Positions 24,355 through 37,199 of a stretch of 64,000 nt of DNA are shown here, piece by piece. How positions within the stretch are numbered: the first letter of the stretch is position 1; each line of letters begins with the position of its first letter. Source of the DNA: Negaprion brevirostris (lineage: Eukaryota); assembly GCA_030324005.1 (NCBI GenBank), contig JARDVH010000025.1:59466786-59530785 (forward strand), given 5' to 3'. The notes beneath the pieces are model-generated. The model was not told the DNA's origin. It made no database searches and saw only the letters and a list, made by a program, of their open reading frames with translations. The position numbers and the translations under genes are program-made.

Positions 24355-25740
24355 ACCACCTCCTATCACCCAACAAGTTCCTCCCATTTCTCCCATACTC
24401 ACTGCTTCCTAATTCCGGTTGCTGCTGTCACTTTCTACCCTCCCCCGTTACTCCTGATCCCATCATTGTTCTTGTTAGGTATTCCTCTGAACCCTTTAAT
24501 GTTGATACCCACATGCCATTTGTTGACTTGGCCCATTTCCTTCTTGAGGCTATAGCCCCATGAAACATAAGAACATAAGNNNNNNNNNNNNNNNNNNNNN
24601 NNNNNNNNNNNNNNNNNNNNNNNNNNNNNNNNNNNNNNNNNNNNNNNNNNNNNNNNNNNNNNNNNCTGAGGACCAAGTGCCTGAAGTGATTATTATGCCC
24701 TGTACATTATACTGTGCACAACATTCACTGCTCAGGGAGACTTCCTCACCCAAGACCAGGATCAAGACATGTGTGCCATGCTGAGTCCTCTAACATGGCC
24801 TGATCAGCCCCAATTCAGCTCCTCAATATGTCCCTGACAGTGTGGCCTCAGCTCCAAGTCAGTGTCTTTAATACGCTTCTAACAGTATGGCTTCAGTCCA
24901 AGGATAGTCTCTTCCATGGATAGTCTTATAACGCTTGCCTCAGGTCAGTCTTTCATTATTTCACTCTGTTCCTTGACCATGTCTTACATCTCACCCTTCC
25001 CCTCCTGAGTCCTGCTTCCATCTCTACCTTTCCCTCTCATGCCGCATCTCCCACTTCTGTCTCTGTTACCCCCCGTCCCACTCATGTTTCAGCATTCCCC
25101 CTCCCCCACGTTCCCCCAGCCTTGTCTCTGTCTTCCCCCCGCCCACCTTCACAAAGTTAGGAGAACAAAATTCCACCCTTGGAAAACTGACATTTTCAAA
25201 CGTGCCCCTGAATGCCATGTTTCCTGCCCTGGCAGGAGTGAAATATTCCACATTTTTACAAATGTTACATTTGGTTTTGTAACAAAACAGAAGATGTTAA
25301 TTACACACAAATGATCAATCAAAATCCTAGCACACAACAGGTTCCTCACATTCTCCCCCATACTCACTGTCTCCTAATTCCTGTTCCTGCTCTCACTATC
25401 TACCCTCCCCCTGATACTCTTGATCCCATCATTGTTCTTGTTAGATATTTCTCTGAACCCTTTGATGTTGATGTCCTCATGCTATTTGTTGACCTGACCC
25501 CTTCCTTTCTCTAGGTCATACCCCATTAGACCATCAAATAACTCTCATGACTTTTCATCTGCTGACTTACAGGATCCATGTGCCTTCACTGAATGTTACT
25601 GTGTTCTCTGCCTCACAATACCATGACTCAAATCCTGAGGACCAAGTGCCTAAGTTGACTGACTGTGCCCTTTACATTATACTGTGCACAACATTCACCG
25701 CTCAGAGAAACTTCCCCACCTAAGACCGGGACAAGACATT
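24355..25740 (+). repeat. Diverged direct duplication: about 24355-24770 and 25320-25740
   Basis: Shared blocks cccatactcactg..gatcccatcattgttcttgttag and ctgaggaccaagtgcct..tacattatactgtgcacaacattcac..aagacat. Confidence 0.85.
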
Positions 25741-27680
25741 AACACAGAAAAATCTCATGTCATAAATCCAATTCTATTATATTATGTTTAAGTTTATCAG
25801 TTTAATAGAACTATTATTTTGCAAAGATTTTACATTAAAAGCTAATTAAACTGCAGTCTAGATTTTTAAAATTTTGCTTCAAATTTCTAGCATCTACCAT
25901 AATTTTTTAAAATATAACATTCTGTATGTTAATCAGACATGTTATTAGATACAAATGTGTTATTACATCTTAATCTGCCATTAGAACTGTAGAAAGCATT
26001 TCTAGGTTATGTTTTATCTCATTCTGGGAAGGATTTATTCGCATAGCACTGTTCAAGTAATGCTCTGCAGTACACATTGATTCCCTAGGCCAGGTAGGAC
26101 ACTGGGCTGCTATTTGCTCAGCTTGCATGGCATTCTTCAATTATATCAAAGGAGTAGATATGGGGCATATGGACTGTGATTTAATTCATTCCCAAAATGA
26201 AAACTTTGATAAAGTTCAACAGCTTCAATAAAATGACAAAAGAGAAACACAATGCTGCATAATTAGACTCCTGCACATGGGGTCATCTACTGCTGTGAAT
26301 GCAGAACAATTAAACCCACTCCTTTACCAACAATCTGTTCATTTTCATAATGTTTGAAGTACCTGGACTCAGACCTAGGAAAATGTCACCTATGATTCTT
26401 AATTTATTAAAAACTGTTCTACATTTAATAATATTGGATTAAGAGGTAAAGTGTTACAAGTAAGTGGATGTAGTTCTGAAAATGAATATATAGTTACATG
26501 TACTCCCTTTGGTATCTGGGACATTTGAGTTTCATGATTGTCACTGTCTCATCAAATGAATGATCAAATGGTAAATGCATTACCTCAGAAATGTGAAGTA
26601 TTAAAGAGAGCAATCAGGATAATTCCAGAATCAAATTTAGCATGTGGGTGAGAAAGCTTACATTTCAGAAAAGGTGTTAACAGGTGTCTGTTATTTCACA
26701 AATGAGCACTTTACAAGAAGTGAGACATTCAAAGAAGTTCTTCAGTACTCTTCTAGTAAATGAAACTTTATTATTAAAGGGCATTTCTGAGAAGCATTTC
26801 TATTCATAGCAACTTACTGTCTACACAATCCTCCTCAATACAGCAATAGTGCAGTCTACACTCCATTCTCTTCTGCATAAAGTGACAGCCAATCCACATT
26901 CTTCGCTGGAAGCTGAAGGGAAATGAAAATTATTGAGCTGCTCCTTGAACTGTATCCCATTTGTTCTTGAGACCCATGGTGACAGCGTTCCATTGCTACT
27001 TTGTAGAAGAAACTACTTTTATTTTCACACTGATACTTTATCACAATTCTGCACGTTGTATGTCATTTGAGAACTACTGATCGAAAATGCATTTAACATT
27101 CAGACTGGCAACTATCACAAGGTGGGCACAAACAACTTTTTCTCTGAGGTTTAAACAATGAACTAATATTGGTCAATAATATGGACTTTCACAAGTTGTG
27201 TTGTCTTGTTCAATTTTCCAGCCAATCATTTAATTGAAAATTGGGTAGGCTCCTTTGTAATCCGACTTACTTGATTTTCCACTATTAATTGTGCCCAGGA
27301 AAACAAATAAAAACCCACGGATGACAACAGGAAAACCTGTCCAATTGTTTATGAATCATGTTAAGTAAGTTACAACATTACACCAATAAACAGTTATAAC
27401 TCCTGCAGTAATTAAGAAGTGTATGGATTGTGACTGATATCAATAAATGTTGAAAATATTGATGGTTGAATGATTTAAGATAACGGATGCAATTCTCTCC
27501 TGTTTTGAGATTAAGTGCAGTGGCAGGTGGCTCTGGCGGTGCCTGTCCCACCAATCAGAATGGTGGAATTCTGCACCAATTAAGCACTTGGAACCTCAGT
27601 AATTATGCAATTCCTCTTCGACTCTCCTGGTGGAGCAGCAGCTGATTAGTCTGCCCATCTTTGGCTGTTGTTTGAGATTA

Positions 27681-28235
27681 GGTGGCACGGTGGTACAGTG
27701 GTTAGCACTGCTGCCTCACAGCACCAGGGACTGGGGTTCGATTCTCAGCTTGGATCATTGTCTGTGCAGAGTCTGCATGTCAAAGGGTGGTGAATCTCTG
27801 GAATTCTCTGCCCGTTGAAGTGGTGGAGGCTGCCTCGCTAAATATTTTTAAGATGCNNNNNNNNNNNNNNNNNNNNNNNNNNNNNNNNNNNNNNNNNNNN
27901 NNNNNNNNNNNNNNNNNNNNNNNNNNNNNNNNNNNNNNNNNNNNNNNNNNNNNNNNATGATCTTATTGAATGGCGGGGCAGTCTCGAAGGGCTGGATGGC
28001 CTACTCCTGCTCCTATTTCTTATGTTCTTATGTCCTCCCCATGTCTGCATGGGTTCTCTCCAGGTGCTCCGGTTTCCTCTGACAGTTTGAAAGATGTGCT
28101 GGAGAGGTGCACTGGCCATGCTAAATCCTCTCTCAGTATACCTGTACCGGCACCGGAGTGTGAAAACTAGGGGATTTTCACAGTAACTTCATTACAATGT
28201 TAATGAAAGCCTACTTGTGACACTAATAAATAAAT
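27681..28235 (+). mobile_element. V-SINE split by a nested CR1 3' fragment (about 27781-28030)
   Basis: SINE head ggcacggtggtacagtggttagcac..gtctgcatgt, then a CR1 tail ..tcttatgttcttatg, then the SINE resumes tcctccccatgtctgcatggg..ctaataaataaa. Confidence 0.85.
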
Positions 28236-28333
28236 CAGACTGAACTGGTTTCAAAGATTCCAGCACCAAATTAAAACACCAATCTGCACATTGAAATCAC
28301 TCTCTCCAGCCCGCCTGTGTTCACCTGTGCAGG

Positions 28334-28500
28334 ATGTCAGCAACTCAGAGAAAAAAGGCTAGCAGCCTCATGAAGAAGGTAGCACCAACTTTCAGCACCA
28401 GGGTTTTCAAAGCCCTTATTTGGAGAGTGCAGGCCCCACTGCCATATCCTGTACCCCAGGGATGGCTCAAGAAAACGCACAACCTCACCTCGATGGTTCA
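28334..28500 (+). mobile_element. Harbinger Myb/SANT-like ORF 5' remnant
   Basis: KKVAPTFSTRVFKALIWRVQA resembles the APRFS..LE.L...V start of Myb/SANT-like domains. Confidence 0.4.
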
Positions 28501-28949
28501 CTCCACAGTAATGTAGCTGAGATCTCACATTAGGATTGTAAGAAAACACATTTCTGAGGATTTGAAAGGAGGTTGGAAGGTCTGCCTTTCTTGCACTAGA
28601 GGGAGAATTGCCAGGAAAACTCTTGCCATGAAAGACCGTTCTGGGGTTAAAAGTTATCTAGCCGGGAAAGGAAAAGAATGAAGGTCAGCCCTCAGGAGCT
28701 AAGAATCAGTTTAGAATGGGTCTTTGGAAAATCAAATGGCTACTTAAGGGACAGCATATGCATATCTGTGAAGTGGGTTTCCAGTTGTATGAAAAATTAA
28801 AGGGCAAGTTCTGTGTTTCAAAGTTACCTACAACAATTGTGTTGTGAGTATTTTTCGTATGTTTGTTACAGTAGAAATCTTGAAACATGAAATCCTGTTG
28901 TGTCATCCTGTCAACTATCAACAGGAAGTTGAATTTCTTTTTAAAGCTT

Positions 28950-29490
28950 ACCAGGCTGTATGGAGATTGTAACACCTAAGCAGAGCTTTGTATATGTTCA
29001 GTATAATTTCCTTTATTTTGTATTCAGTGTCTCTATTTATGAAGTCCAAGAACCCATATGCTTTGCTAAGTATTCCCTCAATATATCCTGCCAACTTCCA
29101 GATTCTGTGCATTTGGAACAGGAACCCTCTATCCCTGCTCATTTTTTAGAACTGTGCCATTGTCTATATCACCTGTCACCTCACACTTCTCTGGCTTAAA
29201 TTCCATTAGGTGCTGGTCTGCCAATTTGGCTAGCCTATCTATATCAAATTGCAGTTGATTTGGATTCAAGTTTGTTATCATCAACAAGTTTTGAAATTTT
29301 AGTCTGTATTCCAATACCCAAGTCATATGCATATATCAAAGAAAAACAATGATCCTAGCACTAACCTTTAAGAAACATCATAGTCAACTATCATTCAGTC
29401 TGCAAAAAAATCATTTACCACAACTTGTATTCTATCCATGAGTCAATTTTTTATCCAAGCTGACACTGACCTTCTTTTCCACAAGCATCA
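28950..29490 (-). mobile_element. Old CR1 LINE fragment
   Basis: LQFDIDRLAKLADQHLMEFKPEKCEV and KAYGFLDFINRDTEYK..IYKAL. Confidence 0.8.
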
Positions 29491-29499
29491 ATTTTGCAG

Positions 29500-29847
29500 A
29501 AAGCACAGCAGCCAATTTGAGAACAGCAAGTTCTCAGAAACAGCAAAGTGATAATGGCCAGACAATCTGCTTTTGTGATTTTGTATTGATTCAGAGATAA
29601 ATGTTAGCCAGGACATCGGGGATAAATAACTCAATTAACCTTTGAGATAGAGCCATGGGATTTTCTTTTGTCCACTTGAAAATGAGGCCTCGCTATAACA
29701 TTTGTTCCAAAAGACAGCACACTTCCGGTGCAGCTCTGTACCGCAGGGGAGTGTCAGTCTTGAATTTTGTGAGAAGTCTAGAGTGAGAATTGAAGCCACA
29801 ATCTTCTGATTCTGAAGAATGCTACCCACTGAGCCATGGCTGACACA
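29500..29847 (-). mobile_element. Deu-domain SINE (SacSINE1/AmnSINE-like)
   Basis: gcagccaatttg..acagcaag..gataaatgttagccaggaca..gccatgggatttt..cccactgagccatggctgacac matches the reverse complement of the recalled Deu domain and tRNA head. Confidence 0.75.
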
Positions 29848-31849
29848 CCGAGCACAGTTTCAGTAGTTATTATGACAGCAGGTTGCTTCCAGTGTTTAGG
29901 AAGATTGTCATTACAGAAACATAAAAATAGCCCAGAATTTGAAAAGGAAAAGAAAGACCTAAGAAGATAATTTGCAATGTGCATGACACATTTCAGAGAA
30001 TGAATTACATACATCTTCATCTGCCTAGTGAATTGAAGTCAGCAGTGATTGTATAAAATAAGCAATTAAACGGATATTCTGTATTAATACGTTACATCTA
30101 GACTGTATTTTACAGTGTTATAAATTGCAATGATTCATTTACTGTTGATTTAATAGAAATTAAGTTAGCAGATAAGATTTGAAACATATTTGATAAGATG
30201 CCCTTTGACCAGTTTCACAATACAATGCAAATGTCATAACTTGGGAGTTCTCTCTGCTTTATCACTAATGGCAATGAAATATTTTGACACTTTGAGCTAT
30301 TTTATCATGTGTTCAGGTCGAAAAAGACACTGAAATGAAAATTGGCTAAAATGCTACTGAGCTAAGCTTCTTGTTTCTGCAACAACTGTAAATGATAAAC
30401 AATTAACTTGTCCATTTCAGGAATTGATAAATCAATTCTGTCTGGTGATCCCAGGTGCTAGATGATTGTTTGAATGAAAAGGATGGAGATGTTGGAAGTG
30501 AGCCAAATATTTTTGAACAGAAAACTATGGAGGCAACTTTTTACTCACTATTTGTATGCTATTCACAACACATAAATAGGCCATTCAGCGCAATAGGTCA
30601 TGCCAATTAAGGCAAGCAAGATAACAGAGCAGAATCTTGCAGTCCCCATCATGGAAAGTTTGGTGGTGGGAATGCATTGAATTTGGTTGGGAGGGTGGCA
30701 GGTTGGACATTGCCATCTTCTCACCTCTGCCCTGATTAAGTCTGTTGCAAGAAGGTTTATGGTTTGTCAAAACTCACTACTGAGTTAATCCAGGCAGTAC
30801 CAATTTGGGGCTCTTAAATTGTCCTGGTTTGTTTGCTTGTGGGCCTGGGAGCTCCTTTGTTTAAAGGCAGTCAGTGCCTGATTTGAGGGACCCTGCTGGA
30901 ATGGAGGATTTTCTGAAAGCCATTTCCATACCTTTGCTACTTACCCTCCTCAGTTGCCTCACCTAAACACCCCTGTGAATCCCCGTCCTGCCATCACTCA
31001 CCTGTACCTCGGTCCCTCTTCAATCTGAGACATGGGTGGGTATAGTATTTACAACTAACATGACCTTCTTGGTACTGTTACTGACTGCAGGAGAGCTGCT
31101 GGCCTGACCTTGGCAGGTTGGACTTTCATTCCCAGGAAGGCCTGCTACTGGCCTGTTAAGTGCTTGAGTGGCACACGATGTGCCAGGTCTTTTTGAAAAG
31201 TGGTGATGGGGAGTGGGGTGTCACATCGGCTGACCAAGACCCCTGTCACCTCCACAAGATTCCACCTACAGTGACAAGTGTTTCACAATGGTAAATGGCA
31301 TCCTCGTGAAAGACTGATATTATAGAAACTGCTTAACTTCTACTTATGTAAGAGAACTGAGAAACATGATCTTTAATAAGTATTTTGAGGACACAGCATT
31401 GGGCTTGGTAGTGCGCATTATTTAGACACTACAGGTGGTGCCCAGAAATCAAAATGGTGTTCAGTCTGCACAAGCCATACTTTTGCTGTGAATCATGCTG
31501 GATGCCACCTTGGTGAGTGTGTTAGTGTAGATGTGACTAGCATCTGCATTAGGAGCAGACAGATCAAGGCATCAGGTGGCATTCAAAGGCATTGCCCTTT
31601 TGCAACTCAGCACTCCAGCCAAAGCCCTCTCTTAATCCTACATAGCTGAACAGCAAGATGGACACCCCAACTCGTATTAAAAGAGATCATCAACCACTTA
31701 CAGTGGTAGTAATTTCTGGTAAATTTCTTCAAAGTATTGGGTGTTTTATATATTTCCTTGCATTGTAAACAGCTGCAGGGAGGTTGCGGCAGATGCCAAA
31801 AAATCCTTTTGCTTATTCCAAAGCTTCTGCACAAACCAGTTGCTCCTAT

Positions 31850-33760
31850 CCATGGGTGGACCAGTAAGCCTTACTCTGGGACTGCAGGCTGACTGGGAGA
31901 AAAAGAAGAGGCCATGTCGAACAAGACAGGCTGCGAGAAGAAATGGAGGATCAGCAGGGGGAAGAGTTCTCTTTGGGAGGCTACACCCACCCAGGGTTTC
32001 AGGAAGTACACTTCCAACTGAACCTCAGCAAGGAATAATGTGTGAATCATCTGGGCTTAATTAACCTCATCCTTGGTGAAATTTGCCACCTGCTACAGCT
32101 ACAACTGCAGACTTAATGCAAAGTAAGGACTGCATTACCAGTAGCCGCAAACCTTCAAGGATCTAGTTTTGGACTCCAGCACCTTGGTATCAATGGCAGC
32201 ATTCTTGGCTGAGCAACGGTCAGGCATCAGCAAAGGTCCTGATGAACTGCCAGTGGTGAAAGAACAAATGCTGTCATCCTGAGAGAGGACAGTAAGTTCA
32301 TGCTCCGTGGTACCACTGTTACTCACCTGGAAAAATGCCACAGCATTCCCTGTAATCTGCCAGAGCACAATTTGCTGGCTTTGTCTGCACGCTATAATGC
32401 AGAGGTATAGTGGCTGCATTCAAAATCTGCATACCAGGAAGCTGACCTTGCATGACAGAAATATGATGTTTCAATACAGATCTGAGTGGCTGCTGCTTGT
32501 GCTGCAATGGGTCATCAGATGCTGCATCATGATTGGGTTCACAAGTGTATTTGACCACCTCCATGTTAGAAATGATGGTCTCCAAATATTGTTCAAATCC
32601 ATATCCCAAGTTGGACCCAACATTGTTCCATGGTCCTTAAATCATAGAATAGAATTATAAAATTCCTACACTGCAGAAAGAGGCCATTTGGCCCATCAAG
32701 TCTGTACTGACCACAATCCCACCCTGGGCCTACCCCTGTAACCCCGTGTATCTACCCTATTAGTCCCCCGACACTAAGGGTCACCTTAGCCTCACCGATC
32801 CACATCTGCACATCTTTTGACTTTTGATGTTGAGCACTAGCCTTTTGACAGGCTTCCCAATATGCCAAGCATTTTATTAGACATACTCATCAGTTTTTTT
32901 TCTGTAGGTTGTCCATTAAATTGCTCATCTGAGTTTTCTGCAGAAAAATCTGTGTGTAGCTCTCTCTGGTAGCTGCACTATCCTTGCCTCCTGCTCTGTT
33001 GCAGCCCATCCATGCTTATGTCTCACCACATGCAAATTCTTCCTCTAATCTCTAAAATACTCACAATTAGTATCCAAGCCGTTGGCTGCAAGCGTGAAAT
33101 CAAGTGACATTGCTGCAATACTCTCTCTTGTTGGGGTTCATTTTTCCACTGCCCAGCTAATTTGGATGTCTGAAAGAAATAAGGCCCATGTGGTGATGGG
33201 AAGGGGAGGAAGTAAGAGGTATATGTTTCTATTATCTGCTATTTGCAATCACAAAACATTGTGAGATGAGAGAGAAGTGGGATGTGAGGAGTATGATAAG
33301 ATACAGGGATACCATCATCTTCAGTGGTCTCAGCCCATCACTGGCCACAGCCTGAGCAATGGTCAATTAGGACCAGCAGTGTTTTCTTCATGGAGTTCAG
33401 GCCATGCAAGTGAGCCTTCTCCTCACTGGTTACTTCCTCTGCCTTGTCCTGCAAGAGAAACAAAAGTATGACAGTGAGTGTGGTGTACTATGTTTGGTTG
33501 ATGTAACTGACATGTTTGAATTGATGGCAGCATGTGTAACCTGTGAGATGTGAGTGTAAGGATTGCAGCTTGTGTGAGGGTGTGATAAAACTGTAATTGT
33601 TAGGATGAATCATGGTGCTCAGAGATTATTGGTAGGTGAGTGATGGAGGTGTGGTGAACTGAGCTGTGGCTAGCTGTGCAGTTGCTAGGATGTGGCATTT
33701 GTAAATGCATTCGCTGACTTTGATTATTCATGTGAGGTCGTCGAACTTCTTGTCATCAGT
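31850..33760. mobile_element. Decayed PIF/Harbinger element: transposase N-terminus (+) and spliced Myb/SANT ORF (-), convergent
   Basis: Plus strand near 32078-32150: EICHLLQLQLQT*CKVRTALPVAA. Minus strand near 33720-33755: KKFDDLT*IIK|gtcag, with a next exon ttgcag|GACAAG..GAAGATGATG|gtatcc near 33312-33449. Confidence 0.6.
32640..32820 (-). mobile_element. HE1-type SINE 3' half
   Basis: atcatagaatag..cctacactgcagaaagaggccatttggcccatc..gacactaaggg..ctgcacatcttt. Confidence 0.75.
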
Positions 33761-33834
33761 TTGTCATTAAGTCTGAGTCACACTTAGACATAACATTTCT
33801 AATTTGGAAAATTAAAGTGAAATATTGTTGCAAT

Positions 33835-34690
33835 AAGAACATAAGAAATAGGAGCAGGAGTAGGCCATCTAGCCCTTCGAGCCTGCCCCGCCATTCAATA
33901 AGNNNNNNNNNNNNNNNNNNNNNNNNNNNNNNNNNNNNNNNNNNNNNNNNNNNNNNNNNNNNNNNNNNNNNNNNNNNNNNNNNNNNNNNNNNNNNNNNNN
34001 NNCTGCACTCCCTCCAAGGCCAAAATATCCTTGCTCAAGTGCGGCGACCAAAACTGCACACAGTACTCCAGCTGCGGCCATAGGGCAATAGGGCGTGCCA
34101 TTTTGAAATTTTTTATTCTTTAGAAAACCATACAAAAGTTATGGTACAGAAAGTGGCTATTCAATTCATCGTGTTTATGTTGACTAGAAGAAAATCAAAA
34201 AACTAGCCATTCATTGTTAATCCCACTTGACAGCACCTAGTCTGTAGCTTTGCAGGCTACAACACCATAGATCCAGCTACCTATTAAATAAGTTGAGCGT
34301 TCCTGTCTCAATCATCAATTTAGGCAATGAATTCTAAACACCTGCCATTCTCTGGGTGAAAATATTTTTCCTCATGTCCCTCTAATCATTCTACCAATTA
34401 TTTTATAATTGACCTGTCAGCTCATGGAAACAAGTCTTTACTGTCTAGCCTATCTAGGCCCCTCATAATCTTGTACATTTTAATTAGTTCACCCTTTAGT
34501 CTCTTCTGTTCTAAGAAAAGCAACCCCAGTCTATGCAATCTTTCCTCATAGCTGCAATTTTCAAGCCCTGGCAACATTTTTGTATATCTCCTCTGTACTT
34601 TGTCCAGAGCAATTATGTCCTTCCTGTAATGTGACTAAAACTGTACACAAAACTCCAACTGCAGCCTAACCAGCATTTTATACATTTCTA
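33835..34690 (-). mobile_element. Two adjacent CR1 3' fragments
   Basis: aagaacataagaaataggagcaggag tail and PQLEYCVQFWSPHLSKDILALEGVQ; a second, older fragment spans about 34135-34690. Confidence 0.82.
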
Positions 34691-36584
34691 AGATCGGTAA
34701 GCAGCCATGATTCAGGATGGTGCTCAGGTTAAAAAACTAAGAATGGTTGTGTAAGAAGTCGTGATTAGATGGTGCAAGACTTGAGTTATAAATACTTATA
34801 GTGGCATGAAGGAGGAAAAGAGCAATAAATGTGAATAAACACCTCTTCAGTTGATTAAAAAAGCTTTGCATGGAGTGATTCGAACCTGGTATTGACAAGA
34901 AAATTAAGAAAATGCATTTCCAAGGTATACAAGGTTCATGACTATGATCCTTCACAATGTGAAATGAGATATACTTGACATTGACAACCACGTACTCCTG
35001 CTGGAAGCATGCTTGACTAGTTTTATGTTGAGAATTTTGACAGCATGAATGCTAGATCGCAACAGCTGTCAAAAATTCAATTCTTTTCATATTTGATGCA
35101 GCTTTTGCCATTATTAATGATGTTGTTGCTGTCTTGATTTTAGGAAGGACAGCAATGCATAATTGGGTCAAAGCATCTCACTATTTATTTTGTTTGTAAC
35201 TTATGTACACACCCCTTGAATTCAGGGAATTTCTGATCCACAACTAAGTCTGGGCAAAATGGATCTGCACTTGAAGCATTTTTCATATTCAGTAGCTTTC
35301 CTTAACAATCTTTTACATATTCTGGCCTCAAAATTAGTTAGACTTGCACAATGAGTGTACACCCAAACCAGAAAGCCCGAAGGTCACTGGAAATCATCTA
35401 CAAGCTGCCAACAATGTGGATGCCAGAGGTGCTTTGTCCCTGCAAGGACATCAATATTGAGCCTACTACCTTACTGACAGCGGTCCTCAGTTAAGTCCTC
35501 AGCACTGGACGTGGAGTAGGAGGAGCACTCTGGCTCCTGTTGGCTCTGAAATATAGTTTATTTTAAACTCCCTTTTTTAAACTTGCCTGGAATTAGGAGT
35601 CACGAGGCAGCTAAGCAATTATAAGGAGGAAGAAGCAAACTTCAGCCTGAGTGTGACAGGCCCAACAACTGGCATGCTGATCATTGACTAATTTCTCAAT
35701 GGAATTCTTCAAAAGACTGTAAGTATCTGATTTGCATAGTTAAAGTGATTAACGTCAGTGAAAGGCATCCACCTGGCTTTAAAAAAGAGTCCTATTAATT
35801 TTGCAGTTGGACAAATAGCAGCACAGATTCATCACAGACCATCCCACATCTAAAGTGGTATTTTATACTAAAATTGCGAACATGATGCAGAGGAATTTGT
35901 ATTCTGTATGATTAATGTGTATTTTCAGTATCACTGACACTTCAAAATATGAGAATTCAACAACTCGTTACTTGTTAAAATGATTAACATGCTAATAGAC
36001 TGGTTAAGAAAATAATAAGGCATTATTATTTCATGAGACATGTTTATTTGATTTTTAGCCAAGGCACAAGAAATTACACAGATATGTGATATTTTCAGCA
36101 ATTGTTAATGTATTCCATTTTCTATTCTTTAGTGAAAAGACTTCCCATTTTGCTTTTGCTGCCATAATTTCAGCAAGATTTGTTTTAAATTCTGTTTAAA
36201 TCCCAGGATTATTTATGGTTAGATNNNNNTGAAATATTGTCAAAATGCAAGGAATGACAAAACAGTAATGCTGTTTTCCAAGTGAAATAATATGAATGGA
36301 CCACAGGCACTTTTTTTCTAGTCGACTAAATGAGCATCAGGTTTAATTCTGACAACTTATGCAACCTCATGAATAGCAGTCCAACATCAGAATATTAGCT
36401 AAATGTAACATTTGTTCACAATCTGCTGGCAATAGTTTCCAGAAGGGAAGATTTACTTAAATATATTAAGGGTATATTAATATGCCCCTCTTGATCATAC
36501 AAACGTGTGTATATTGAATTACATTCCTTCANNNNNNNNNNTATTATATGAGCTATTTCTTTTACAATGCTTTTCTACCATAAG

Positions 36585-36885
36585 TTTAAGTTTATTTATT
36601 AGTGTCACAAGTAGGCTTACATTAACACTGCAATGAAGTTATTGTGAAAATTCCCCAGTCACCACACTCCAGCGCCTGTTTAGGTACACTGAAGGAGAAT
36701 TTAGCATGGCAAATGCATGGAACCAGCAAGTTTTTCAGACTGTGGGAGGAAACCAGAGCACCCGTAGGAAACCTACACAGACATGGGGAGAATGTGCAGA
36801 CTCCACACAAACAGTGACCCATCCAGAATTTGAACCTGGGTCCCTGATGCTGTGAAGCTGCAGTGCTAGCCACAGTGCCGCCATG
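36585..36885 (-). mobile_element. tRNA-derived V-SINE, full length
   Basis: Reverse complement ggcggcactgtggctagcactgcagc..gtggagtctgcacattctcccc..cactaataaataaac. Confidence 0.88.
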
Positions 36886-37199
36886 ACTAAGGAAAGTTTT
36901 GTAATTTATCATTGATAGACAAAGACTTTTGTTTACAGGACTTATTCTCAGAGTGTACAATCACTATTTTAGATGTGATTTCTCAGAATTTGAAAGTCAT
37001 TTCTTGAACCTTTTTTGCCTTTGATCTGAATTTACCAGCTATCAACCTTCTCTGTAGCATTGAAGCAGCTCATGCAATTGTATCTTGATTAAATCTTGTG
37101 TTTATCTTAAATCCTGTGTTTACCAAACTAGTGATCAAATCAAAGAGCTCCTTCGATAAACTACATAGGACAAAGCTCAGGAGAAGCAATGGTGAGTTG

